Positions 12,634 through 25,440 of a stretch of DNA of 64,000 nucleotides are shown here, in pieces; the stretch's first letter is position 1; the number at the start of each line of letters is the position of its first letter. Position numbers and translations under genes: made by a program. This DNA comes from Octopus vulgaris (lineage: Eukaryota): assembly GCA_951406725.2 (NCBI GenBank), contig OX597836.1, positions 35,650,001 to 35,714,000 on the forward strand, written 5' to 3'. Below the pieces are notes generated by a model. It was not told the DNA's origin and did not search any database. It worked only from the letters and a program-made list of their open reading frames with translations.

Positions 12634-13141
12634 TTCCACATAAGTATGTACTGTAGAGTTATTACAAACAAAACAATGTGTTTTTTTTTTATTAGACCCT
12701 TCATTCTTTACTCTCAGAGAATAAATGGAATTCTGATAAATGTTTTTGCCATAGAGACAAACCAGTTTTCGGTACATGAAGAAGTCCAAAATAGCTTTAC
12801 TTGTCGCTCATGTAGCTAAATAATTCATCATGTCAATAACTGTTATAATACCATTATGGTTCCTGTGAAATATTTACTCAGTGTATGCTTAACATGTGTC
12901 ATTACTCTTCATTTTCTGAAAAATAAAATGTCTAGAAGGGCTATTCTCATTCAAAAGCTATTAGTATGGTTCACCCCAAAACTGAAGAATCTGAAATAAA
13001 AAAAGAAAGGATGTTACGCAGAATAATGAAAGCATAGCAATGGTGTTGATATAGTGTGAAAATCAGCAGGGAAAAGTTTTATCTAAATCGATTCTCAGAA
13101 AACCGATAAATCTTAAATTTCACTCCTATGCTACCTTCTTC

Positions 13142-13196
<55 letters not shown>

Positions 13197-13197
13197 T

Positions 13198-13602
13198 ATG
13201 TGGTAAGTAGCTTGCTAACCAGCCACATTGTTCCGGGTTCAGTCCCACTGCGTGGCATCTTGGGCAAGTGTCTTCTGCTATAGCCCCGGGCCGACCAATG
13301 CCTTGTGAGTGGATTTGGTAGACGGAAACTGAAAGAAGCCTGTCGTATATATGTATATATATATATATAAGTGTGTGTGTATATGTTTGTGTATCTGTGG
13401 TTGTCCCCCTAGCACTGCTTGACAACCGATGCTGGTGTGTTTACGTCCCCGTTACTTAGCGGTTCGGCAAAAGAGACCGATAGAATAAGTACTGGGCTTA
13501 CAAAAGAATAAGTCCTGGGGTCGAGTTGCTCGATTAAAGGCGGTGCTCCAGCATGGCCGCAGTCAAATGACTGAAACAAGTAAAAGAGTAAAGAGTAAAG
13601 AG
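13198..13602 (+). mobile_element. SINE B, 5'-clipped, next to (AAT)n
   Basis: Family match. Confidence 0.9.
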
Positions 13603-13637
13603 TATATATTATTAAAGCTAGTAGCATAGTAGTGAAA

Positions 13638-13673
<36 letters not shown>

Positions 13674-13699
13674 CATACATACATACATACATACATACA

Positions 13700-13764
<65 letters not shown>

Positions 13765-13766
<2 letters not shown>

Positions 13767-14547
13767 GGGAATAAAGTGTTGCCTATATTACGCAAAAATG
13801 AAAATAATTCTGACATCTCATTGTAACAGGTATATTTACCAAAATTATATAAAAAATATCTTGAAATACTAAGAAGTAAATTCATTCAATAAAACCGCCA
13901 TTGTTTCCAACCTCGTCCTCCAAACGACATCGGAACCTCTTGCAACTCTTCTCGGCAGTCTACTTCTTTAAGTTCGTGAATGCAGCCATATTCCTTGCCT
14001 TCAGTTCATCTTTGATGTTAAAGAGTTCTCGCCCAACTACCACCCACGCATAATGATCAAGTGGATTGTCGTACAGGGAGTCAGGTAGCCAGATATTCGG
14101 AATGATGTGGTCTCAGAAATTCTCTGACAGCTGTGACTGGGTTCTCCTGCTTGTGTGGCATGGTGCAGAGTTCTGTTGCCAGACGTAGGTATCTTCCAGC
14201 AGCCACCCTCTTTTCTTAGGCCGTGTGGGAAGATCAATGGAGGCATTACGTCGCCATCACTAGTGATCGTTCCAAACATCATGATATTGACTAAAAGCGT
14301 TTGATACTTATCATTCTTGGTACATGTCTTCAGATTACGCTCTCCTCAGATTGACACCCAAACACTCTGAAATGTTCGTATGAAATCTTCCGGCAACAAT
14401 ACACCAAACAATACACCATGTGATTTCCTAATTTCTGGCTGGGTGAATTGCGTCATCATGCTGTCTTTCTAACAGACAGTACCCAACTGACCCTACCATA
14501 CTTTGTAGCCAGAAAATCAAAAGCAATTTAGCCATCGCACCCTGTAT
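13765..14547 (-). mobile_element. Decayed, internally deleted Tc1/mariner (DD37D/maT-like) transposon
   Basis: Minus-strand remnants MMFGTITSDGDVMPPLIFPHGLR, YVWQQNSAPCHTS and WLPDS.YDNPLDHYAW; TIR-like end TA-CAGGGTGCGATGG at 14545. Confidence 0.75.
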
Positions 14548-15151
14548 ATGCACATATGTATCTATATTTTCTCTTATATTCACATATGAAAACTATTTAT
14601 TTTTTCTCATGGTCATTCATTTGAATATATATATTATGTGAATATATGTATTTAAAGGAAGGGTAATCTCATAATTGAATATTCGAAGGCCATAACCTTG
14701 ATTGGAAATTATAAGAATTAATTATAAGAATGTAAACGAAGGGAGAATTATAAAGTAGTCTCCGAAGGGGCAATTTCGCAATTACCTTCTCAGAGGAGAC
14801 ATAAAATTTTCCTTCCTCAACCAATACAATCGCATATCCTGTGGTTAAATAATTCAACCAACATTTAAGGTATTACCTTACGGCTAAGCTAAATTAATTT
14901 GACAATTTTATGCTTTACACGACACAGAATTAATCAAACACAGTAGGATGCATTAATTAGACTTGAAGGCTAAACAGCAACAACAACACAAACAGCAGCA
15001 ACACGAAATACATGAAACTTTAGGGGACATTGGATTATATTTGTGAATAAATGAATCTTCCTAAATTAAACGTAATACAGGATGCAAATTCAATCAAAGG
15101 GACTAAAATAAATGTAGTAATTAGAAAGCTTAAACTTTTATTAATCTAGAG

Positions 15152-15235
15152 CAGTAGTTCCCAACCTGGGTTTCGCGGACCCCTAGTGGTCCAATAAGGT
15201 AGTCCCGGCAGCGCGTGAACGAAATTCAAAATTTC
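15152..15235 (+). mobile_element. hAT-like MITE end
   Basis: CAGTAGTTCCCAACCTGGG..GCGGACCCC terminus; similar to 33763. Confidence 0.45.
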
Positions 15236-15245
15236 CTATATATAA

Positions 15246-15287
<42 letters not shown>

Positions 15288-15357
15288 ATATATATATATA
15301 TATATAAATATATATGTGTGTATATATATATCTATATATATATATATATATATATAT

Positions 15358-15588
15358 CAGGCACGTGTCGTCAGTGATTACTCAGAGGAGGTAGTTGGCG
15401 CACTTTATGTAGTAAAACACGCACAAAAAATAAGCGATACACATGCGTTGGAGGCAGATTTACTTCTGCTGGAGCCGCGTGCAGCTTAGGTATTTCTCTC
15501 ATAAACACACGCATTGCCCGGTCTGAGATTCGAACCCGCGATCTCTCGACCGCGAGATCGCTGGTGTAACCACTAGGCCATATGCCTC

Positions 15589-15589
<1 letters not shown>
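15358..15589 (-). mobile_element. SINE A-related (variant tail)
   Basis: Head GAGGCATATGGCCTAGTGG..GGTTCGAATC; similar to 22528. Confidence 0.7.
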
Positions 15590-15624
<35 letters not shown>

Positions 15625-15683
15625 TATATATATATACATATATTTATTATATATATATAGATAGATAGATAGATAGATAGATA

Positions 15684-15980
15684 GTGGTTAGGGCAGCGGA
15701 CTCGCGGTCGGAGGATCGCGGTTTCGATTCCCAGACCGGGCGTTGTGTGTTTATTGAACGAAAACACCTAAAAGCTCCACGATGCTCCGGCAGAGGGGTT
15801 GGTGGCGACCCCTGTTCTACTCTTTCGCCACAACTTTCTTTCTCTCTCTCTCTCTTCCTGTTTCTTGAGTAACGCTGCGATGGACTGGCGTCCCGTCCAG
15901 CTGGGGAGGGGGGAACACATACGCCACAGAAACCGAAAAACCGGGCCCAAGAGCCTGGCTAGGCTTGAAAAGGGCGAAAA
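15684..15980 (+). mobile_element. SINE A head with an alternative 3' module
   Basis: A head and body to about 15865, then GCGTCCCGTCCAG..GAGCCTGG tail shared with 22528 and 24688. Confidence 0.8.
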
Positions 15981-16618
15981 AAACCCAACTTATAGTATCC
16001 ATCGAATGATTCGATCACATTCCGTTGTAAGTAGAAGAATATTTACACACGGTTATATGACAAGGATCGACAATTTCTCTCTCTGCAAAACACCACTTAC
16101 ATATCGTTATCAAATAAGGTGTGAATATAATGGCTCTTGCCGTATCTTCTGTACTGTGGATTCGAACTCAGAATCCAGTAGTTGTGACATGATGTTTGAA
16201 TGAATTAAACCAACGGCTATAGTTAACTTAACGGAATCTCTTTTATCTTCATTCACATTCATGAAAGCATATCGCTCCAATAACCCGAGTTAGCTTATAT
16301 GACATACTGTCATTATCTCTTTTCTTCTATTGTATTTCTCATTCCATATGCAATATTGACAACTCCAATCTTATTTTCAGCTGTGTTCCCTGCTCTAATC
16401 GGGAATTTTATGTGCCATTAATAAGCAATCGTATTATATTTCTTCATGTTTAAATGTAATATTCCTTTTTGACATATCATTATTGTACATGTACTTGTGA
16501 GATTACAGCATCTCTAAGTCTTTTACCCTTTTCATTGACGTGCTATAGGTTTCGTTTATTTCAAGGTGACCTTCGTATACTTTAAACAAATCTAATTTTA
16601 TAGTTGATAAAGTAACAA

Positions 16619-16853
16619 CCTATTTCTTTATTACCCACAAGAGGCTAAACACAGAGGGGTCAAACAAGGACAGACATAGGTATTAAGTCGATTACATCGA
16701 CCCCAGGGCGTAACTGGTACTTAATTTATCGACCCCGAAGGGATGAAAGACAAAGTCGACCTCGGCGGAATTTGAACTCACAACGTAACGCAGACGAAAT
16801 ACCGCTAAACATTCCGCCCGGCGTGCTAACGTTTCTGCCAGTTCGCCGCCTTA
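16619..16853 (-). mobile_element. SINE family C monomer (tRNA-like head; GCCTTTCATCCTTTCGGGGTCGATAAA-type central domain)
   Basis: Near-identical copies at 25204, 31073, 50252 and 57178; B-box-like GAGTTCAAATTCC. Confidence 0.85.
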
Positions 16854-17060
16854 TAAAGTAACTACCAGTTATGTTTTTGAACGGATCAAATCACTGATAG
16901 CATTGCGGCAAAATATGATACCTTATCAAGTGTTTATTATGCTCCTTTCTGTGGTCTTAGTTTACTTTATATTTTTATTCAGTGCAAGACCAATGACCAT
17001 TCAGTATAGCTTTCGAACATACCATGATTTGTTTTACCTTTGAATTATCTATTGCATCCC

Positions 17061-17690
17061 TCATCATCATTGTTCGACCGTGGTCGAGACAATGGAATTT
17101 ACTATGTTACGCTAGAGATCACGGTCCATCATAGCATAACGGAGGTCCTGTTGCTGGATGCCTGTATCCCTGGAGATTACAGTAGGAGTGTGTGCGCCCT
17201 CTGTTATCGCGATGGCTTCATGAGGAGAAGAGTAGAAATTACCTCGTTTTCAGCTCTGCAACAATGTCCAGCAAACTGGACTCTTCTACCTTTCACAAGA
17301 GATGATACTTGAGCTCTCATAAGGAGGCGACTGTAAGTTCCATCCAACCGCCTCTCAAGCTTCTTTGATAACGTACAGGTTTCGGAAACCCTCTTCTTCT
17401 TTTCTTCTTCTTACAGCATTCACCCGGGATGGGTTGAGCTGGCTTCATTCATACTCAATGCTGCATCTCTCACAAACGCCGACCAGGCCTGGCGATTTAA
17501 GGCTAACGACCGCGTGATCTCCAACGGCGAACGCCGTGGATACGGGGGCCTAGGGCGTTCGCCGCTGGAATAAGGAGTGGTTGGAGATCACGCGGTCGTT
17601 AGCCTTAAATCGCCAGGCCTGGTCGGCGTTTGTGAGAGATGCAGCATTGTGTATGAATGAAGCCAGTTCAACCCATCCCGGGTGAATGCT

Positions 17691-17782
<92 letters not shown>

Positions 17783-17895
17783 GTTTCTGAGCCATATAGT
17801 AGAATTGGTTCGACTGTGGTTTTGAAGATTTTAAGTTTGAAATCTCTACTTAGATTTGACGACCAGATCTTATGTAGTGATAATGCATCCCTAGG
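17061..17895 (-). mobile_element. RTE-clade LINE 3' fragment split by a younger insertion
   Basis: KIWSSNLSRDFKLKIFKTTVEPILLYGSET (17781-17895) continues at 17383 as ETCTLSKKLERRLDGTYSRLLMRAQ..RRVQFAGHCCR..MMDR..; (TGA)n tail at 17061. Confidence 0.8.
17385..17787. mobile_element. Palindromic (head-to-head) duplicated 3' end of a second RTE-like LINE
   Basis: Arms 17411-17535 and 17554-17694; the right arm encodes ..EITRSLALNRQAWSAFVRDA.. followed by (TAA)n(GAA)n; the left arm carries (CTT)n. Confidence 0.75.
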
Positions 17896-18466
17896 ATACA
17901 GCATAATGCGTTTGCAGGACCCAATGCCAAACGCATGAGATTTTAATCTCTGTAATATATGTACAACGACATAAAATGTCTTTCTCGTGTATGTTTTGTG
18001 TAATTCCAGAGTTTATTTATCATCTCTTGCTATTATTTCCAAGGCAACGCCATTAAGAACAATGATTCCGTTTTTAATCCTGGTATCCTTGTTATATTTA
18101 TTTTCAGTTCTTTATATTTGGAAAAAAAAATCTTCATTTGTGTTAGGCAAATGTTGTTGATCATGCAGATGGATTTATTTATTAGCAACTATTTATTTTC
18201 TTTGTATTTTATGATAATTATAACTCGTCAGTTTGTTCTAATCTTTTTCTGTAAGAATTGGAATATCAGGGATTTATTGTCATTTTGTCATTCTTCGAGA
18301 GGTCGAGGCTTATTTTCTCTTGATGATTCATTATACGTTCGGTGATTTCTTCAGAATGTATGTTCTGTTTCTCTCACCCCCTAAATCTCTCCTACTCTCT
18401 TTGTACACACGCACATATATGTATACTTACATACATTATATATACATACATACATACATACATACA

Positions 18467-18529
<63 letters not shown>

Positions 18530-18564
18530 ATATATATATATATATGTGTGTGTGTATATATATA

Positions 18565-18755
18565 TAGGGAGAGCTTACGAAAAAAAAACAAAAGATGAAG
18601 AGAGGTGGTGTACAAAACAAACAGATTTATTAATATAACGCTCAGGAATATAAAAAGTCTTTTACGTTTCGAGCCTACGCTCTTCTACAGAAAGGGACAC
18701 AGAAAAAAACACGGAGAGAATAAAATGTGTGTACTGGCCAACGATCTATCATATT
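18565..18755 (-). mobile_element. PLE-like terminal cassette with a minimal hammerhead-like motif (18659-18694)
   Basis: CTTT-CTGTAGA-A-GAGC(GTAG)GCTC-GAAACGTA-AAAG; flanked by TA-rich repeats. Confidence 0.55.
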
Positions 18756-19312
18756 TATATATACGTTCACACATACATATACATACATTCTTTCCAAACA
18801 CTCCCGTTTATCATGTAAGTATATAAGAGCATGTCTTAATATGCAACCATATGCTTCGTAAGATATACATAAAACAAAACATTCAAATCGGCACGTATAC
18901 ATACACACATAGATACACACACACACACACACATACAAAAATACCCTGTTGATGGTGTTGTAATTCCAAGAAGACTTGGGTTTTGGTAAGAAACAGGCTC
19001 TTTTCTATTAGCAAGAAATCTTGAAATAAAACTGAATGATGATATACATATATGTATATACGTATACATATATATGTATATATGTGTGTTTGTGTGTTTG
19101 TGCGTGTGTGTGTATGAGTGTGTATGTGTGCTTGTGTCCTACCACTGCTTGGCAAATATATGAATATATATATGTATATATGTTTATATGATCCAATGGG
19201 TATATACATACATACACATACACACACACACACGTATATATATATGAACGTATTTATGTATGTATGAATGTATGTATGTATGTATGTATGTATGTATATG
19301 TATACATATACA

Positions 19313-19830
19313 TCATGCGATGGGAAATTGTTGCCATTTTAAATCCTTAATTTCACGCAAGAACATCCTCTGGTTTAGATTTTGTCGACTACACGGTAAA
19401 GTACAGTCAGTTGGGTACCGTCTTTGAGAAAAACAGTACCATGATGCAATTCACTCTGCCAAAACTTTGGAAACGATATATTGTACTGCTTGGTATTTGC
19501 GCCAGAAGCTCTAATTCGAACATCTCAGAGTGTTTGGGTGTCAATTTGAGGATATTGTAATCTCAGAACATGTACCGAGAGTAGTGACAATCAAGCATCC
19601 GGTAAACATCATGGTGTTAGTTGTGATCACTAGTGATTGTGTTTGAAGTCGTCACTAGTGATGGTGACGTTATGTCTCCAGTCATTTTACCACACGGCCT
19701 CAGACACAACACGGAGGCCTATGTCAAGTCTCTAGTGGATGTAGTGCTACCCTGGGTCAAGAGGGTGGCTGTTGTTAAACCCTATGTCTGGCATTTTGAC
19801 TCTGCACCATGCCACACAAACAAGACTGTG
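19313..19830 (+). mobile_element. Decayed Tc1/mariner (DD37D-like) fragment, same family as 13765-14547
   Basis: VVTSDGDVMSPVILPHGLRHNTEAYVKSLVDVVLPWVKRV..YVWHFDSAPCH. Confidence 0.75.
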
Positions 19831-20649
19831 TCTTGAAGAATTTTAGTCGAGCGATTTTTTTAAAACCCGGTACTTATCGTATCAGTTCTTTTGTCGAACT
19901 CGTATGTTATAGATATATGAAATACGCCAACATCTTTGTAGTCTTATGGTAAGTATCTTCAATGTTTCCAGCTGCAGACGACTCCAACGTTCAATACAGG
20001 TAAACTTAAAACTTACGTTTCGGATTTTGACTTGTATATTCTAGATGTATTTATTCATAATCTTTTGTCTACTCTGGCTAACTCATTTAGCTTCCATTTG
20101 AGAATATTTGAATATTTCAACTATATTTATTATCACTTCTGAAGCTTGAGTGTTGAGACTTCTCATCATGTTTAGCTTTTGTTTTAATTGTTTATGTAGT
20201 CTGTCTCTAATATTTCTTCTTAAACTTTTCGTATCATTCGTTGTCATTCGGAAGTTTCGATATATTGACAGTGTATAAATTTACTCATATATGAATACTT
20301 GCGGAAGTACTGTATCTTTGAACGTAGGAGACAATATGGCGTTCTATTAATTACAATACTGATTGCAAATTCTGCAGTTGATATGAGGGTCTTGTTTAGT
20401 TACTTTAGTTTGGTCAGACATTGTTCTTGCACAGTTGATATTACATATTCTGGCTATATTTTGTCTCTATACGAAAGTATATCTCTCATATTAACACCCT
20501 TTGACGCTCTCCTGTTATATACGTTACTAACTACGAAATGAAATTATTAGTTTATATTTAGCTCCTGTTGTCTGACGTTTGTCTTTGCTGTTATCACTCT
20601 CCCCCACACCACATACTGTCTCAAACTTGTCTCTGTCTCTATGAATATA

Positions 20650-20865
20650 CAAGGGAGTGCTGAAAAGTTCAGGCCTTGGGTAAAAGAAAATACAGAAGGA
20701 TCAATTAATTATGATTTTATTCAAAATATTCCCCTTTCAGATTCACACACCAGTTGCAACGGTTCTTCAGTTTTTCTAAGCTCTCTATAAGTACTTGGAG
20801 GACTGGAACTCCATCAGGCTTTTCGTTGTACCTTTAAAGCCAAGAGCTTTTTTAGCATGCCCTCG
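20650..20865. mobile_element. mariner-type MITE
   Basis: Imperfect TIRs CAAGGGAGTGCTGAAAAGTTC / GAGCTTTTTTAGCATGCCCTCG, preceded by TA. Confidence 0.6.
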
Positions 20866-21204
20866 TTTATATACATATGTGTTTAGTTTTTCAGATTCCG
20901 ATTACACTGGCCAAAAAATCCTATTTTTATCAGCTGACCTGATTTGGAGACCTGATTTTGTTTTGGGGGTAACGGAGCTTTAAAATGACAGTAGCTTTCT
21001 TCTATCACGTCGAGTTGTTTTTCTATGAGCTTGCTCATATTGGCTCTACCCGCAGCTCCATGATTCAAAAATTTCTCGATGTGTTTTTCGTAGGGTGCGT
21101 TAACATTAAGAGCCTCAGTGTCAGTTGAGCGTTCAGTGAGTGAGGTTGTGACGCTCTCTCAGTTTATTAATTGCACATGTATACAAACGTGTTTTCCTAA
21201 TACT

Positions 21205-21550
21205 GCGGGGCACTTTTGGCAAGTGTCGTCGGGCCAACCAAAGCCTTGTGAGTGGATTTAGTAGACGGAAACTGAAAGAAGCCTGTCGTATATAGGCATA
21301 TATATATATATATGTATATATGTAAGTGTATGTATGTTTCCGTGTCTGTGTTTGTCCCCCCCCCAACATTGCTTGACAACCGATGCTGGTGTGTTTACTT
21401 CCCCGTAACTTAGCGGTTCGGCAAAAGAGACCGATAGAATAAGTACTAGGCTTACAACGAATAAGGCCTGGGGTCGATTTGCTCGACTAAAGGCGGTGCT
21501 CCAGCATGGCCGCAGTCAAATTACTGAAACAAGTAAAAGAGGAAAGAGTG
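21205..21550 (+). mobile_element. SINE B, 5'-truncated
   Basis: Family match. Confidence 0.85.
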
Positions 21551-22527
21551 CAAGAGAGTATGTGTATGATGGTTTTTGTTTACTCCATGATTTTAGAGAA
21601 TTTACAGTATGTATTTCGTAAAAGGTGACGCTATCTTACATTTCATTCATCATTTCATATTCTGCTGACATTATGACCTATGGTTTGAAGCTATAAGACT
21701 TAGTAAGCTATCCTGACAACCTAAATTATTTATTCTGTATATCATAAAATGGGAATATGCTATAGAAAGAAAACCTGAGGTGTGAGATAAAATAGATGCC
21801 ATATTTGAAATCAGCATCTCAGAATTAACTAAAAACATCCACAAACCTGAAGTCAGCAAAATGTGTAATGAGTAGTCTTATTTCTCCAAAGAGGCGCAAA
21901 CATAGATGTGTGGTTAAAAAATACACTTTGCAACCATATGGTTTCGGGATCATTCACACCCCAGACCTGGATGAACCACATCTGAAGATAGAAGTCGTGT
22001 ATATTAGATTGTGACCCGGATGTGCATCTTTGCCGGCGCGTCGAATTTACAGAAAATGGCAGAATGGCTTCCGGACAGGGCAAACATATTTTCGGCATTG
22101 CCTCCCTTTATTTTTTTCTTTCTGAGTTCAAATGCTGCTAAGGTCGATTTTACTTTTCATTCCACTTGGTACTATAAAATATTTTACTGGGGTTTACAGC
22201 ATAAAGTAATTCAACTCAGATTTGCTGGTCTTGTGCCTATATTTTAAAAAAATAGGCAGATTGGTTTTCATTTTCCGTATTCCGTGGTAGTGTCGTGTGA
22301 CACTTGTGAAAGTGATTTGTGGTACTCATTCCGATTCTTCTAATCTGAGCTGAAATCTGGAACGATATCAAATTTTCCTTTAATCCTTCCGGGATCGATA
22401 TGAAATATTATTTACGATGTGAATGAATAACTCACCACCGCACCTGAAGATTGCGGAGCTTGGGCCTAAAATAGACGAAAAATTATTATTGTTGGTGTCA
22501 ATATCACAGTAGTAATAAGGCAACGAG

Positions 22528-22825
22528 TGGAGGCACATGGCCTAGTGGTTAGAGCAGTGGACTCGCGGTTGAGGGATCGCGCGTTCGAATCTCAGACCGG
22601 GCGATGTGTGTGTTTATAAGCGAAACACCTAAGTTCCACGCGGTTCCGGTAGAAGGTAATGGTGAACTTCTGCTGACTCTTTCGCCACAACATTCTCTCA
22701 CTCTTTCCTCCTGCATCTTGCAGCTTACCTGCGACGGACCAGCATCCCATCCAGGTGAGGAATCTATATGCCAGGGAAACCGGGAAACCGGCCCTTAGGA
22801 GCCAGGCGTGGCTGGACAAGGAACA
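22528..22825 (+). mobile_element. SINE A-related with alternative tail, followed by a diverged SINE C (22836-23045)
   Basis: A-box TGGCCTAGTGG and B-box GTTCGAATC. Confidence 0.75.
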
Positions 22826-23579
22826 AACAATAAGGGAACGAGCTGGCAGAGTCGTTAATGCGATGAGCAAAATTCTTAGCGGTCGTTCATCCCTCTTTAC
22901 GTTTAGAATTCAAATTCCTCCTAGGTCGACATTGACTTTTAGCTTTACCGGGTTGATAAAATAAGTACCAGTTGAACACTGGGGTCGATGTGATCGATTT
23001 CCTACCTTCCTTTAAATTACTGGCCTTGTACCAAAATTCGAAACTAATATAATTGTAGTGGTTGTATCACTAGTATTTGTCCTTATTATTCTTGCTGTTG
23101 GGGACATCATTTTCAGAAATTGCAATTAGAATACGTCTATTTCGTTTTCATTTTTGCCAGCAGCAAAATGAATTTGTAAACAGTTTAGAAATTGCCTTTC
23201 TTTATATAAGCTCATCTTTTCAGTTCTTTTAAATATCAAGGTCATATTAACACGGTTTCTTTTAGATTATAATGTAGGAAGAAATCAAGTTATTTTCGTA
23301 CGACAATTTTGAAACCGTAAAAATGCATTTTCTAAATTAAGGCAAGTTTGCTATTTATATTTTCTTCATATTAATGTCATGATTGTATCCTTATCAAGTT
23401 AATCATCATTCTAAGAATAAATAGTTCTCGGAGAATAGAGCAAGCGTGTTCTAACTCAATAAACGTTTCTGGGAGAATTTATGGTGGTCCCTGCTCAGTT
23501 GTCATCTCACAACTTCTGTTCAACTACATAGATGAGATGTAAATAGATATCCCACCACATCACGAGTGAGGTGAAGCGT

Positions 23580-23795
23580 CTTATTTTGTGGGAAAAAAGC
23601 ACCTTTTTGATGTAAATAATTTTTAGTGTTACCATGGTCCGATTTGAATTTTTTCTTCTACAGAAGGAAGAGCAAGTCTATCATACTCTCTATGTTGGTC
23701 AACTTGCGCCGCAGGGTCTCGGAGTAGATAGTGTTAGTTGAAGGCTACCAAAGGTGTCATACACAGACAACTTCAGCTTTATATATATATAGAGA
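23580..23795 (-). mobile_element. Non-autonomous Helitron-like 5' part
   Basis: Minus strand starts A^TCTCTATATATATATAAAGCTG; homologous to 24535-24677. Confidence 0.55.
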
Positions 23796-24351
23796 TTATG
23801 TACTTGTGGAAGCGCGTGGCTTAGTGTTTAGGGTGCTGAATTTACAGTCGTAACAACCCCTATTTTTTACTTTCCTGGCAATTTGTTTTGTTGAAAGAAC
23901 TCCTTGTCGTATCTGAAACATTGTTAAAGATAATTCGGTCAGCGTATAGAACAATAACACACTGACTCGTAATCATTATATATTGACACTAACACATTAT
24001 TTGTTGTTGTATTTCAAGATCATTCATTGTTAGAACACCAACAAAATACTGTAGTGGCTGAAGTCGTAGAAACAAATACTGAGAAAATATACATAATTTT
24101 ATACACTGGTTTTATACAGTTTAGCTTAGAATTATTCAAGCTTCTTGGAAGATTGAATAAAGAAAAATATATCCACAGTAATTATCTGAATATAGTCAAC
24201 AAAATAGCACATTCTAATTTCTGTTATGAAACGAAGGCTTTTGGTTTTCAAAACATCTCTGCAGAAATTCAAGGAATACTATACATTAGGTGAAACTCAA
24301 ACCCGCACTCTGTAAGACGATACGCTTAAGTCGTATTTGATATATATTATA

Positions 24352-24677
24352 CTAGCAGTATCACCCGGCGTTGCTCGGGTTTGTTTCGACCATTTAAAAT
24401 TGGAATTTTTGAAAAGTGAAAATGTTGCATTATGTAGCTTGTTATTCTCTTTAAGTAAACATTTTTCTGGTTGAAATACACCAAAACAATTGCGACAAAG
24501 AAGTCAAAGAATCGTAAGAAATAGGGATTTTCATAGAATAAAGCACCTTTTTGATGGAAATAATTGTTGGTGTTAACATGGTCTGATTTAAACTTTTTCT
24601 ACTACGAAAGGAAGAGCTAGCCTTCTTCTATCATACATTCAATTTTGGTCAACTTGCGCCGCAGGGTCTCGGAGAGA
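24352..24677 (-). mobile_element. Non-autonomous Helitron-like element
   Basis: Minus strand: 5' TC, subterminal hairpin ACCCGAGCAACGCCGGGT, 3' CTAG, inserted between A and T with no TSD. Confidence 0.65.
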
Positions 24678-24687
24678 TCATGTACTT

Positions 24688-24932
24688 GTGGAGGCGCGTG
24701 GCTTAGTGTTCTGGGTACTGGATCTATAGTCGTAAGATTGTGGTTTTGATTCCTGGACCGGGTGATGTGTTGTGTTCTTCAGCAAAATTCTTTATTTCAC
24801 GTTGTCCCAGTCCACTCAGCTGGCAAAAGTGAGTAATCCTGCGACGGATCGGCGTCCTGTTTAGGTGGGGAATTTTTAAGCCACTGAAACTAGGAAATCG
24901 GCCCTTATGAGCCTGGTATGGTTTGAGAAGGA
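24688..24932 (+). mobile_element. tRNA-derived SINE, variant body
   Basis: The middle (GTTGTGTTCTT.AGCAA..CTTTATTTCACGTTG..CACTCAGCTG) is shared with 43405-43733; the tail is shared with 15684 and 22528. Confidence 0.7.
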
Positions 24933-24950
24933 AATATATATATTTATATA

Positions 24951-25063
<113 letters not shown>

Positions 25064-25203
25064 GTACTAAGGACTGATAAATGTTGATATGTTTTTGGTA
25101 ATTTAGAAGATACACAAAGAGAGGTGAGTTGGCAAAATTTTTGGAACGCTGGAACAAATTCTTAGCGGCATTTCGTAATCCTTTTTACTTTTGGTGTCCA
25201 AAT

Positions 25204-25440
25204 ACCTATTTCTTTACTACCCACAAGGGGCTAAACACAGAGAGGACAAACAAGGACAGAGAAACGGATTAAGTCGGTTATATCGACCCCAGTGCGTAAC
25301 TGGTACTTATTTAATCGACTCCGAAAGAATGAAAGGCGAAGTCGATCGCGGCGGAATTTGAAATCAGAACGTAGCGGCAGACGAAATACCACTAAGCATT
25401 TCACCCGGCGCGCTAATGGTTCTGCCAGCTCGCCGCCTTG
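25204..25440 (-). mobile_element. SINE C monomer nested in an older SINE C-like copy
   Basis: Family match; TTGGTGTCCAAATACC flanks both sides (25191, 25438). Confidence 0.85.

Noticed and set aside
14757-14800. Hammerhead-like CTGAGAA..GAAA on the minus strand with GTCTCC/GGAGAC stem
   Set aside because: The core and stem III are too degenerate to call
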